DNA of 52,111 nt. It comes from an uncultured Gammaproteobacteria bacterium (GTDB lineage: Bacteria > Patescibacteriota > Microgenomatia > UBA12405 > UBA6130). Below are positions 1 through 8,555 of this stretch, in pieces. The notes under the pieces were generated by a model. It was given only the letters and a program-made list of their open reading frames with translations. It ran no database searches and was not told the origin of the DNA. The DNA is taken from the NCBI GenBank assembly GCA_964540975.1, contig CAZIOQ010000021.1:1-52111 (forward strand). The letters run 5' to 3'. A program made the translations under genes and the position numbers. The stretch's first letter is position 1. Every line of letters begins with the position of its first letter.

Positions 1-693
1 GTGGATATTGTCAAGGCAATCAAAAGATCAAATGACATTTATTTTTATAAATTAGGAGAAAAAATTGGCGTGGAAGAGATAGTGAAATGGGCAAGCCGTT
101 TTGGGGTGGGAAAGACTTTGGGGATTGATTTGCCAGCCGAAGTGACTGGGATTTTGCCTTCGCCTGAGTGGAAAAGGGAAGTTAAAAAAGAAGAGTGGTT
201 TTTGGGTAACACTTATCATTTGGCTATTGGCCAGGGTGATTTAACAATGACGCCTTTACAAGTGGCCGTGGCCACAGCAGCGATTGCCAACGGAGGAAAA
301 ATTTGTCGGCCCCATTTGATTTTAGAAGACAAAGTAAAAGAGCAGAGTAAGTCGGAAAGAGACTGCTTCCAGTTGTCAATTAAACCAGAAAATTTAAATT
401 TGGTTAAAAAGGGGATGATTGAGGCCTGTTCAACCGGAGGGACTGGTTTTCCTTTTTTTGATTTTCAGCCCCAGGTCGGTTGTAAGACCGGGACTGCGGA
501 GATCGACGATGATAGCAATAACACCCATGCTTGGTTTACTGCCTTTGTTCCTGCCGATGAACCCCAGATGGTGATGACAGTTTTTTTGGAAAAAGGCGGC
601 TCTGGTGCTTATCAAGCAGCGCCGGTGGCGAAAGCAATTCTTGAGAAATATTTTCAGCTGATTAGCAGAGAGGCAGGAGAGGAAACAAAATGA
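1..693 (+). CDS. Class B penicillin-binding protein (PBP2/FtsI-type transpeptidase), C-terminal fragment; 5' end lies outside the window
   Basis: The ORF is open from the window edge. It carries the KTG box (CKTGTAE) and an HAWFTAF...GGSGAYQAAPVAK tail typical of PBP transpeptidase domains. Its stop overlaps the next start (ATGA). Confidence 0.85.
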   Translation: MDIVKAIKRSNDIYFYKLGEKIGVEEIVKWASRFGVGKTLGIDLPAEVTGILPSPEWKREVKKEEWFLGNTYHLAIGQGDLTMTPLQVAVATAAIANGGKICRPHLILEDKVKEQSKSERDCFQLSIKPENLNLVKKGMIEACSTGGTGFPFFDFQPQVGCKTGTAEIDDDSNNTHAWFTAFVPADEPQMVMTVFLEKGGSGAYQAAPVAKAILEKYFQLISREAGEETK

Positions 694-2006
694 AAAACAA
701 AAAATGGTTGGTTAACCAGATAGCGATCATTGGGGGAGGATTAGCTGGTTTAAGTTTAGCTGATCACTTGGCTGACAAAGGTTTTCAAGTAACAATTTTT
801 GAAAAAGAAAAATTTTTAGGCGGACTGGCGGCTGGGTTTAAAAAAAGAGGTTGGTTGTGGTATGGTGATTTTTTTTATCATCATCTTTTTTGGGGTGACA
901 AGTCATTTTTAGACTGGTTGGCTAAATTAGGCTTAAGAAAAGAAATTAATTTTTATTCTCCCAAAACTTCGGTTTTGTCGGAAGGAAAAGTCTTGCCTTT
1001 CTCAACTGCGATTGATGTTTTGCGATTTCCCCACCTGGATTTTCTTTCAAGAATTCGTTTCGGTTTAGGAACAGTTCTTTTAAAATCGATTTGTTGGTTG
1101 TCTAAAATGGATGAGGTAACTGCAGCTAGCTGGCTCCCAAAATTGGTAGGCAATAAAGCTTTTGTTACCCTTTTAAAACCGCTGCTTTTGGCTAAATTTG
1201 GTCAAGATTATTGGGATAAAGTCTCTTTAAGCTGGTTTTGGGCCAGGTTTAAGTCAAGGAGTTTCAAATTGGGATATCCCAAGACTGGTTTTTTTGGTTT
1301 AAGTTTGGCCATTGGCGAAAAACTGGAACAAAAAGGAGTAAAAATCAAATTTTTAACTCAATTGACTAAAATTGCCAAAACCAGCGAGGGCTGGGAATTA
1401 ATCTTCAAAAATGGGGAAAAATTTGTTTTTCCAAAAGTGGTTCTTGCCTTGCCTTTTCCTCAAAGTTTTAAATTAGTAAAACCATTTTTAAAAAGCGAGG
1501 ATCAACGACGTTTTTCTCAAATCAAAACCATTGCTGGTCTAAATTTAGTCTTAAGATTAAAGGAAAAATTCCTTACCGATAATACTTATTGGTTAAACAT
1601 TTTGAATCCTGCCTCGCCTTTTGTGGTGGTAGTAGAACAAACAAATTTTGTTCCCAGCAAATTTTATGGCGATGAACATCTGGTTTATGTCGGTGGTTAT
1701 TATTCTTTAGCCAATCCAATTTTGAAAAAAACCAAATTGGGGGTTTTTAGACTTTTTGCTCCCTGGTTAAGAAAAATTAACTTGGATTTTGAAAAAGACC
1801 TGATCGATTTTGAAGTTTTTCAATCGCAATTCGCCCAACCAGTGATGACAACTGGCTATCGCCAGTTAAAGCCTAACTTTTTGGTTGGCCCCCCTGATCT
1901 TTATTGGCTTTCTCCTCATCATATTTACCCTTGGGATCGGGGAGTGAACTTTGCTGTTAAATACGGCAAGATGCTTGCTGACCAGATAATATCTTCTTTT
2001 TTTTAG
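690..2006 (+). CDS. FAD/NAD(P)-binding oxidoreductase (amine-oxidase / phytoene-desaturase superfamily)
   Basis: N-terminal Rossmann fingerprint IAIIGGGLAGLSLA...VTIFEKEKFLGG. C-terminal YPWDRGVNFAV motif resembles the flavin amine-oxidase fold. Appears translationally coupled to the PBP gene. Confidence 0.7.
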   Translation: MKNKKWLVNQIAIIGGGLAGLSLADHLADKGFQVTIFEKEKFLGGLAAGFKKRGWLWYGDFFYHHLFWGDKSFLDWLAKLGLRKEINFYSPKTSVLSEGKVLPFSTAIDVLRFPHLDFLSRIRFGLGTVLLKSICWLSKMDEVTAASWLPKLVGNKAFVTLLKPLLLAKFGQDYWDKVSLSWFWARFKSRSFKLGYPKTGFFGLSLAIGEKLEQKGVKIKFLTQLTKIAKTSEGWELIFKNGEKFVFPKVVLALPFPQSFKLVKPFLKSEDQRRFSQIKTIAGLNLVLRLKEKFLTDNTYWLNILNPASPFVVVVEQTNFVPSKFYGDEHLVYVGGYYSLANPILKKTKLGVFRLFAPWLRKINLDFEKDLIDFEVFQSQFAQPVMTTGYRQLKPNFLVGPPDLYWLSPHHIYPWDRGVNFAVKYGKMLADQIISSFF

Positions 2007-3185
2007 TTGGTCAGGCAACAAATTTTTGTTTTTCTCAGGATATGGTTGATAGCCTTTACCATAACCAATCTCTTTCATTAATCTGGTTACCGGATTTCTC
2101 AAATTAAGGGGAATTGGCAGATTGCCATATCTTTCTACATCTTCTTGAGCTGCCCGAAGACCATTATAAGCTGATCTGTCTTTGGGAGCTTTAGCAAGAT
2201 AAACAGCGCCGTGGGCGAGATTAATAGCACATTCAGGATAACCGATAGTTTCGCAAGCACGAAAGACCTCATTAGCGACAACTAAAGCTGTTGGTTGAGC
2301 CATACCGATGTCTTCTGAGGCAAAAATAACCATTCTTCTGGCAATAAATAAAGGATCTTCACCGGCTTTAATCATTCTGGCAAGATAGTACAACGCGGCA
2401 TCAACATCTGAGGCCCTCATACTTTTGATAAAAGCAGAAATAGTGTTGTAATGCTCCTCGCCGGTTCTGTCATAACGAAGAGTGGTTGAAGAGACAATTT
2501 TTGCAATAATTTTGGCCTGAATTATTTGTTTGGGGGCAATAAGTTGGCTTGCTTGTTCAATTAGATTAAGAGCAATTCTGGCATCACCATTACTGATTTG
2601 AATTAGCCGTTCTTTGGCCTTTGGCTCGATTTTTTTGGCTAATTTTTTTACCCCTCTTTGGATAATTGTTCTAAGTTCATCGCTGGTTAAAGGGTTAAAA
2701 ATTAAGGTTTGGCAACGGGAAAGCAGGGGAGAAATAACGGTAAAAGAGGGATTTTCTGTGGTGGCAGCAATAAGAATGATTTTTCCCTGTTCAACTGGCG
2801 CCAGCAAGATGTCTTGTTGGGCTTTGGTAAAGCGATGAATTTCATCAATAAAAACCAAAATTGGTTTTTGAGAGGAAGGGCTAAAAAAATCTTTTTGGGC
2901 TTTTTCCTTTTTTTCAAAAATGTCTTCCAGTTGTGATTTTTTGGTCGAAACAGCGGAAAATTCTTTAAACTCAATTGCCAATGCTTTAGCAATAATTCGA
3001 GCTAAGGTAGTTTTACCACAACCAGGTGGACCCCAGAAAATTAGAGAAGGAAAATGTTGAATTCTGCTCTCCAAAAGTTTGCGGATAAAACCACCTGGAC
3101 CGACAAGGTGATTTTGGCCAACAAATTCAGCCAAAAATTGAGGCCTAATTAGATCAGCTAAAGGTTTCATAGGTTTAAAAATCAT
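1866..3185 (-). CDS. rarA: Replication-associated recombination protein A (AAA+ ATPase RarA/MgsA)
   Basis: Walker A GPPGCGKTTLA, Walker B VFIDEIHRF, sensor ATTENPSF, and a MgsA C-terminal domain (DAALYYLARM, GEDPLFIARR). The last ~47 codons are antisense to the preceding gene. Confidence 0.9.
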   Translation of the reverse strand: MIFKPMKPLADLIRPQFLAEFVGQNHLVGPGGFIRKLLESRIQHFPSLIFWGPPGCGKTTLARIIAKALAIEFKEFSAVSTKKSQLEDIFEKKEKAQKDFFSPSSQKPILVFIDEIHRFTKAQQDILLAPVEQGKIILIAATTENPSFTVISPLLSRCQTLIFNPLTSDELRTIIQRGVKKLAKKIEPKAKERLIQISNGDARIALNLIEQASQLIAPKQIIQAKIIAKIVSSTTLRYDRTGEEHYNTISAFIKSMRASDVDAALYYLARMIKAGEDPLFIARRMVIFASEDIGMAQPTALVVANEVFRACETIGYPECAINLAHGAVYLAKAPKDRSAYNGLRAAQEDVERYGNLPIPLNLRNPVTRLMKEIGYGKGYQPYPEKNKNLLPDQLKKRRYYLVSKHLAVFNSKVHSPIPRVNMMRRKPIKIRGANQKVRL

Positions 3186-3276
3186 TCAGGGATGTTATTT
3201 ATTTTAACATTTCTCTTTAAGGCGCGAAAACAAGGAGAAGATTAAAATCAAGCAAGATACTAAATAGGAGGACAAT

Positions 3277-5025
3277 TTGTTGTATAATATGCTAATGCTT
3301 TACTCGCAATTATTTGCCAAAACCACAAAAACTGTGCCGGCTGAAGCCAAAATTGCCAGTCACAAGTTTTTATACAAAGCTGGATTTATTAGGCGAATTT
3401 CCACCGGACGCTGGGCTTTTTTGCCGTTGGGGATGAGGGTTTGGGAAAAAATTTATGAAGTGATTGATGAAGAAATGCGGGCCATTGGCTGTCAAAAAGT
3501 AGTTGTTCCCACTTTACACCCGATCGAAATCTGGCAAGCAACAAACCGTGATAAAGCTTTTGGTGAGGAAATGCTCGTGGTTTCCGACCATCATGGAGCA
3601 AAATTTGCTATTGGGTCAACCGCCGAAGGTTTGATGGTTGAGCTGGTAAAAATGTTTCGGCCTTCTTATAAAGATCTGCCGATTTTGATTTATCAGTTTT
3701 CCCAAAAATTTCGTGATGATAAAAGACCGCGGGGAGGAATTATGCGAGTCAGAGAATTTATGATGAAAGATGCCTATAGTTTTGCGGAGAGTGAAAAACA
3801 GGCTTTTGAAGTTTATTGGAAATTTTATAATGCCTATTTGAAAATTGCTCACCGGTTGGAGTTGCCAGTGATTCCGGTCGAAGCCGATTCTGGGGCGATT
3901 GGAGGCACCCTTTCTCACGAATTTCAATTGGAATCGGCGGCGGGTGACCAGACTTTTTTTGTTTGCGATAAATGCGGCTATGCCGCTAATATCGAAAAAG
4001 CCGAGTTTGAAAGGGTAGCGATAAATCCTCAAGAGAAGATAAAGCCTTTTCGGATTATTTCCCAGCCCGAATGGGTTTGTACGATGGAAGACAATCTTAA
4101 ACATTACCGCCAGCCTTTGTGGAGGTATTTGAAAAATGTCGCTTTCAAGGATGAAAAAGGCCGAATTATTATTGCTTCTTTGCGGGGAGACCAGAATGTT
4201 AATGAAGTAAAATTAAAAAGAGTTTTGGGGGCAGAAACTTTAACGCCTGCAGATGAAAATGACTTGCGTTGCCTTGGCACCAAACCCGGTTGGGTTCATT
4301 CTTGGGGAATTAAGGGGGTGACTTTTGTTGGCGATTTGGGATTGCCTGCTGTTAAAAATTATATTGGTGGGCAGAAAGAAAAAACAACCGATGCGATAAA
4401 TGTCAATTACGGTCGAGACTTTAAATATAAGATGCTGAGCGATATCGCCGAGGCAAAAGATGGCGATTTGTGCGCCCGCTGCAAAAAGGGAAGACTTCGC
4501 CAAAAAACCGGCTTTGAATGGGGGCATTGTTTCAAACAAGATCATTTTTACACAAAACCCCAGGGTGGTTATTATACCGATAAGTCTGGCCGGCAAAAGC
4601 TTTTGTGGATGGGAGCTTATGGAATTAGTATCGAGCGGACAATGGCCTGTCTCGTTGAGGCTCACCATGATCAGCGGGGAATTATTTGGCCAAAATCGGT
4701 AGCACCGTTTATTGCCCATTTGGTTTTAATTCCTAATTTGCCATTCCGAAGGAATCCCGCGAAGCGGGCATCCGCGACTAAGAAATTTGCTGATAAAGTT
4801 TACAAAGAGTTGCTAAAAGCCGGGGTGGAGGTATTTTATGATGACCGGGAGGATGTTTCTGCTGGAGAAAAATTTGCTGATGCTGATTTGATCGGAATTC
4901 CAGTTCGCCTGGTAGTTTCTGAAAAGACCAAAGACAAAGTTGAATGGAAAGAACGCCCCCAGAGAAAAATAGAGTGGTTAAAATTAGAAGAGGTAATTAA
5001 AAGATTAGCCATACCAAAGGTATAA
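3277..5025 (+). CDS. proS: Prolyl-tRNA synthetase (bacterial type)
   Basis: Class II aaRS motifs (FRDDKRPRGGIMRVREFMMKDAYSF; GAYGISIERT) and a C-terminal anticodon-binding domain (FADADLIGIPVRLVV). AGGAGG lies 5 nt upstream of the TTG at 3277; in-frame ATGs at 3289 and 3295 are alternative starts. Confidence 0.92.
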   Translation: MLYNMLMLYSQLFAKTTKTVPAEAKIASHKFLYKAGFIRRISTGRWAFLPLGMRVWEKIYEVIDEEMRAIGCQKVVVPTLHPIEIWQATNRDKAFGEEMLVVSDHHGAKFAIGSTAEGLMVELVKMFRPSYKDLPILIYQFSQKFRDDKRPRGGIMRVREFMMKDAYSFAESEKQAFEVYWKFYNAYLKIAHRLELPVIPVEADSGAIGGTLSHEFQLESAAGDQTFFVCDKCGYAANIEKAEFERVAINPQEKIKPFRIISQPEWVCTMEDNLKHYRQPLWRYLKNVAFKDEKGRIIIASLRGDQNVNEVKLKRVLGAETLTPADENDLRCLGTKPGWVHSWGIKGVTFVGDLGLPAVKNYIGGQKEKTTDAINVNYGRDFKYKMLSDIAEAKDGDLCARCKKGRLRQKTGFEWGHCFKQDHFYTKPQGGYYTDKSGRQKLLWMGAYGISIERTMACLVEAHHDQRGIIWPKSVAPFIAHLVLIPNLPFRRNPAKRASATKKFADKVYKELLKAGVEVFYDDREDVSAGEKFADADLIGIPVRLVVSEKTKDKVEWKERPQRKIEWLKLEEVIKRLAIPKV

Positions 5026-5175
5026 ATAGAGTTGCCTTGCCACCCTTCAACCCCGGCCAGACAAAACTTATCGACCCCACCGATCCTAGAAGGAGGAAGT
5101 TATTTCCTCCTAACGAGAGATTAAAAAATAATTACTTGATAATTTGTCAAAATTTGTCAAAATTTTTTAATCCCG

Positions 5176-6450
5176 ATGGAGCATTTAGAAAGTATTAATC
5201 AAGAAAAAGACTTGCCCTACTGGATTGGGTTTAATTTTTTTGAAGGAATTGGACCATTAAGATTTAAACTCCTTTTGGAATATTTTGGCAGTGCTCAGAA
5301 AGCTTGGTTAGCCTCTAAAAAGGATTTGTTGACAATTGGTTTAGGGGAAAAAATAGTGGACAAATTTTGGCAGTTTAAAGATTTTTTTAACCCTCAAAGT
5401 TTAAAAATGGCTGGGCATTTTTTAATTAGTTTACCTGATTTTTTGTCGAGAATTGATGATTTTTTAGCCGACGAAGAAAGAAAAAAACAATTTTGGTGGG
5501 TGACCAAAACCGGCAGATATAAAAAAATACCTGATCAACCAATACTAGTTTTAACTTGGATGGACAAGATTTACCCGGAAAGTTTAAAAAATATCCCGGC
5601 AAGTCCACCAGTGATTTATCTTGCTGCCGGTTTTTTAAAATCTGACAAAAAAACACTTGAGGCTCAAATTAAAAGATTATTTGACAAACCGGCAATTGCG
5701 GTGGTGGGAACAAGAAAAATTTCTTCTTATGGTCGGTTAGTCACTGAAAAACTGGTTGCCCAATTGGTGGAAGCAAATTTGGTCATTGTTTCGGGAATAG
5801 CCAGGGGAGTAGATGGAGTGGCCCATCGGACTGCTTTAGCCAATAATGGGCAAACAATCGCTGTTTTGGGATCAGGAGTGGATGTTGTTTATCCGGCAGA
5901 AAATCGAGACATTTATGAAAAAATTAGCTGGTCAAAAAAGAACCTTCTTGGTTTAGTTTTATCCGAGTTTCCTCCTGGCTTTCCGCCCCTTCCTGGTAAT
6001 TTCCCGGCTCGCAATCGGCTTATTGCCGGTTTGGCTAAGGCGGTTTTGGTTACCGAGGCTGCCCAAGATTCTGGTTCTCTGATTACTGCCAGATTAGCAC
6101 TTGAACAAGGAAAAGACATTTTTGCTGTCCCTGGGCCAATCACTTCACCGCTAAGTTCTGGGACTTCTTTTTTAATCAAACAAGGAGCAAAATTAGTAAC
6201 AGAAATCACCGATATTCTAGAAGAGTTAGGAGTAAAAAACTTTAAGACCCAGATGGTGGATTTCAAATTGGAAGACTTAAGCGAAGAAGAGAGAAAGATT
6301 TGGGAGCTTTTTAATCAGGGAGAAAAATATATTGATGATATAATTCGGGAGACTGGACTGGAAACAGCCAAAGTCGGCAGTATATTGTCTTTAATGACGC
6401 TTAAAGGACTAATTAAGGATTTGGGTGGAGGTAAGTGGGGGAGGAATTAA
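5176..6450 (+). CDS. dprA: DNA processing protein DprA/Smf
   Basis: Rossmann-like DprA core: AVVGTRKISSYG, SGIARGVDGVAH, LGSGVDVVYP, FPARNRLIAGL, SGSLITA. Confidence 0.85.
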   Translation: MEHLESINQEKDLPYWIGFNFFEGIGPLRFKLLLEYFGSAQKAWLASKKDLLTIGLGEKIVDKFWQFKDFFNPQSLKMAGHFLISLPDFLSRIDDFLADEERKKQFWWVTKTGRYKKIPDQPILVLTWMDKIYPESLKNIPASPPVIYLAAGFLKSDKKTLEAQIKRLFDKPAIAVVGTRKISSYGRLVTEKLVAQLVEANLVIVSGIARGVDGVAHRTALANNGQTIAVLGSGVDVVYPAENRDIYEKISWSKKNLLGLVLSEFPPGFPPLPGNFPARNRLIAGLAKAVLVTEAAQDSGSLITARLALEQGKDIFAVPGPITSPLSSGTSFLIKQGAKLVTEITDILEELGVKNFKTQMVDFKLEDLSEEERKIWELFNQGEKYIDDIIRETGLETAKVGSILSLMTLKGLIKDLGGGKWGRN

Positions 6451-6452
6451 AA

Positions 6453-8465
6453 ATGAAAAAACTATTTGTTGTTGAATCGCCAACCAAGGCCAGAACAATC
6501 AGTAATTTTTTAAAAGACCAGGCTCAAATTTTGGCCACCATGGGTCATATTAGAGATTTGCCAAAATCAAGATTCGGAATTAAGGTAATAGAAAATGGCG
6601 AGATTAAATTTGAACCACAATATAAAATTATTCCCCAAAAACGAGAAATTGTCGCCAAAGTCAAAGAAGCAGTCAAAAAAGCTGACCAAGTAATTTTGGC
6701 CACCGATCCTGATCGGGAAGGCGAGGCCATTGCTTATCATTTGGTTGTTTTAACCCAGAAAAAAGCTTTTCAGGAGGAGAAAAGGGAAAATGAGAAATTT
6801 GTCCGGATAGTTTTTTATGAAATTACTCCTCAGGCAATTCAAAAGGCCTTAGAAAATCCACGGTCTTTAGATTTGAATTTGGTTAATGCTCAACAAGCAA
6901 GACGGGTTTTGGATAGAATTGTTGGTTATAAGCTGTCACCACTTTTGTGGCGAAAAGTCCGCCGGGGGTTATCAGCGGGCAGGGTTCAGTCAATTGCCTT
7001 AAGGTTAATCGTTGAGAGGGAAAGAGAAATTTTAAGATTTAAAGGCGAAAAATTTTACCGAATTTTTGCTGGTTTTGAAAAACAAGAGAAAGATTTTACT
7101 GCTGAATTGGTGAAAATTAAAGATGAATCAGTAGAAAAAACTGAATCAAAAAAACTTTTCGCTGGTCAACATAAAGTGGTGAAAACTATTTTTGACACTG
7201 CCGATAAAGCTTTGGTGGTAATTAAAAGCTTGTCGGTAACCCCTTTTGTCGAAAACTTAGAAGAAAAGGAAATTTTCAAACAGCCTTTACCACCGTTTAC
7301 TACTTCAACCTTGCAACAAACAGCGGCCAGAAAATTTTCTTGGAGTTCAAAGTTAACAATGCAGATCGCCCAAGGACTTTATGAACAAGGTTTAATCACT
7401 TATCATCGCACTGATTCGACCAACTTAAATTTTGCCGCCATTGGTCAACTGAGAAAAGTGATTGAATTAAAGTTCGGCAAGAATTACTTGCCTTTAAAGC
7501 CGCGAATATATAAAACAAAATCAAAATTAGCCCAAGAAGCCCATGAAGCAATCAGGCCAACAAAACCAGATCTGGAAAAGCCAACAAATCTTGATCAGAG
7601 AGCCAGCCGTCTTTATCGCTTAATTTGGCAAAGAGCTTTAGCTTGTCAAATGCAACCAGCAAAACTAGCAATTACCAATGTTTGGATTAAGGATGGTGAT
7701 TATCTTTTTAAAACGAGCGGGACAAGATTACTCTTTGATGGCTTTACTAAAATATATCCAGTATTTTTTCTTAAGATCGAACTGCCAAAACTGGTTAAAG
7801 GAGAAAGATTAGATTATTTGGCTTTAGGTATTAGTGAATATCAAACTCAACCGCCACCGCGTTACCACGAAGCAAGCTTAATTGCTGTTTTAGAAAAAGA
7901 AGGAATTGGTCGGCCTTCAACCTATGCGCCCATTATTTCGATTATTCAACAACGGCTGTATGTGGAAAAAGAAGAAGGTAAATTTAAACCAACCAAATTG
8001 GGGGTGGCAGTCAACGATTTTTTGGTTGAATATTTCCCCAAAATCATTGATCTTCCATTTACTGCTCAAATGGAAGACGATCTCGATCTGATTGCTCAAG
8101 GGAAAAAGGAGTGGACAAAGACAGTAGCTGAATTTTGGCGGCCTTTTATTAATGAAATTGAAAAGACAAAAGAAAATTCAAAGCGGGTAAAAGTCGAAGA
8201 AGAGAAAGTTGACGAAAGATGTCCGGAGTGTCAAAAGGGAGAATTAGTGGTTAGAATAGGCAAGTTTGGCAAATTTATTGCCTGTTCCCGATTTCCTGAT
8301 TGTCGCTACACCCGGCCTTATCTTCAACAAACAAATTTTAGCTGTCCAGATTGTGGGGCGCCGGCGGTGATCAGAAAAACGAAAAAAGGCAAGATGTTTT
8401 ATGGTTGCAGTCGTTGGCCTTCTTGTAAATGGGCTTCTTGGCGAAAGCCAAAAAATAACCAGTGA
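6453..8465 (+). CDS. topA: DNA topoisomerase I
   Basis: TOPRIM N-terminus (LFVVESPTKA, ATDPDREGEAIA), active-site region GLITYHRTDS, and two C-terminal C4 zinc ribbons. The ATG at 6453 is preceded by GGGGGAGGA; the track's 6435 start overlaps the dprA end. Confidence 0.93.
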   Translation: MKKLFVVESPTKARTISNFLKDQAQILATMGHIRDLPKSRFGIKVIENGEIKFEPQYKIIPQKREIVAKVKEAVKKADQVILATDPDREGEAIAYHLVVLTQKKAFQEEKRENEKFVRIVFYEITPQAIQKALENPRSLDLNLVNAQQARRVLDRIVGYKLSPLLWRKVRRGLSAGRVQSIALRLIVEREREILRFKGEKFYRIFAGFEKQEKDFTAELVKIKDESVEKTESKKLFAGQHKVVKTIFDTADKALVVIKSLSVTPFVENLEEKEIFKQPLPPFTTSTLQQTAARKFSWSSKLTMQIAQGLYEQGLITYHRTDSTNLNFAAIGQLRKVIELKFGKNYLPLKPRIYKTKSKLAQEAHEAIRPTKPDLEKPTNLDQRASRLYRLIWQRALACQMQPAKLAITNVWIKDGDYLFKTSGTRLLFDGFTKIYPVFFLKIELPKLVKGERLDYLALGISEYQTQPPPRYHEASLIAVLEKEGIGRPSTYAPIISIIQQRLYVEKEEGKFKPTKLGVAVNDFLVEYFPKIIDLPFTAQMEDDLDLIAQGKKEWTKTVAEFWRPFINEIEKTKENSKRVKVEEEKVDERCPECQKGELVVRIGKFGKFIACSRFPDCRYTRPYLQQTNFSCPDCGAPAVIRKTKKGKMFYGCSRWPSCKWASWRKPKNNQ

Positions 8466-8555
8466 TTGTTCCTGAGGGCAAATGGCCAATTAGGTTAATT
8501 GACAATTCAGCTAATTTTAATTTTGTCCTCGCTATATTATAATTTAAAAGGAAAA

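Noticed and set aside
3616-4719. Two long antisense ORFs (3616-4104 and 4240-4719, minus strand, ~160 aa each) inside proS.
   Set aside because: They lie entirely antisense to a ProS sequence with strong class II synthetase motifs. Their translations are low-complexity (Phe/Ile/Lys/Arg-rich) with no recognisable domain, start context or Shine-Dalgarno sequence. They are most simply a by-product of sense codon usage.
5913-6266. Other antisense or overlapping track ORFs: 430-615, 953-1153, 2614-2992, 5426-5656, 5913-6266, 8973-9287, 15106-15489, 25676-26056, 26908-27222, 36293-37562, the set at 43853-45793, the set at 46730-47959, and the set at 49132-50270.
   Set aside because: Each is embedded in or antisense to a confidently identified housekeeping gene and shows a composition-driven sequence without motifs. 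There is no independent support for any of them.
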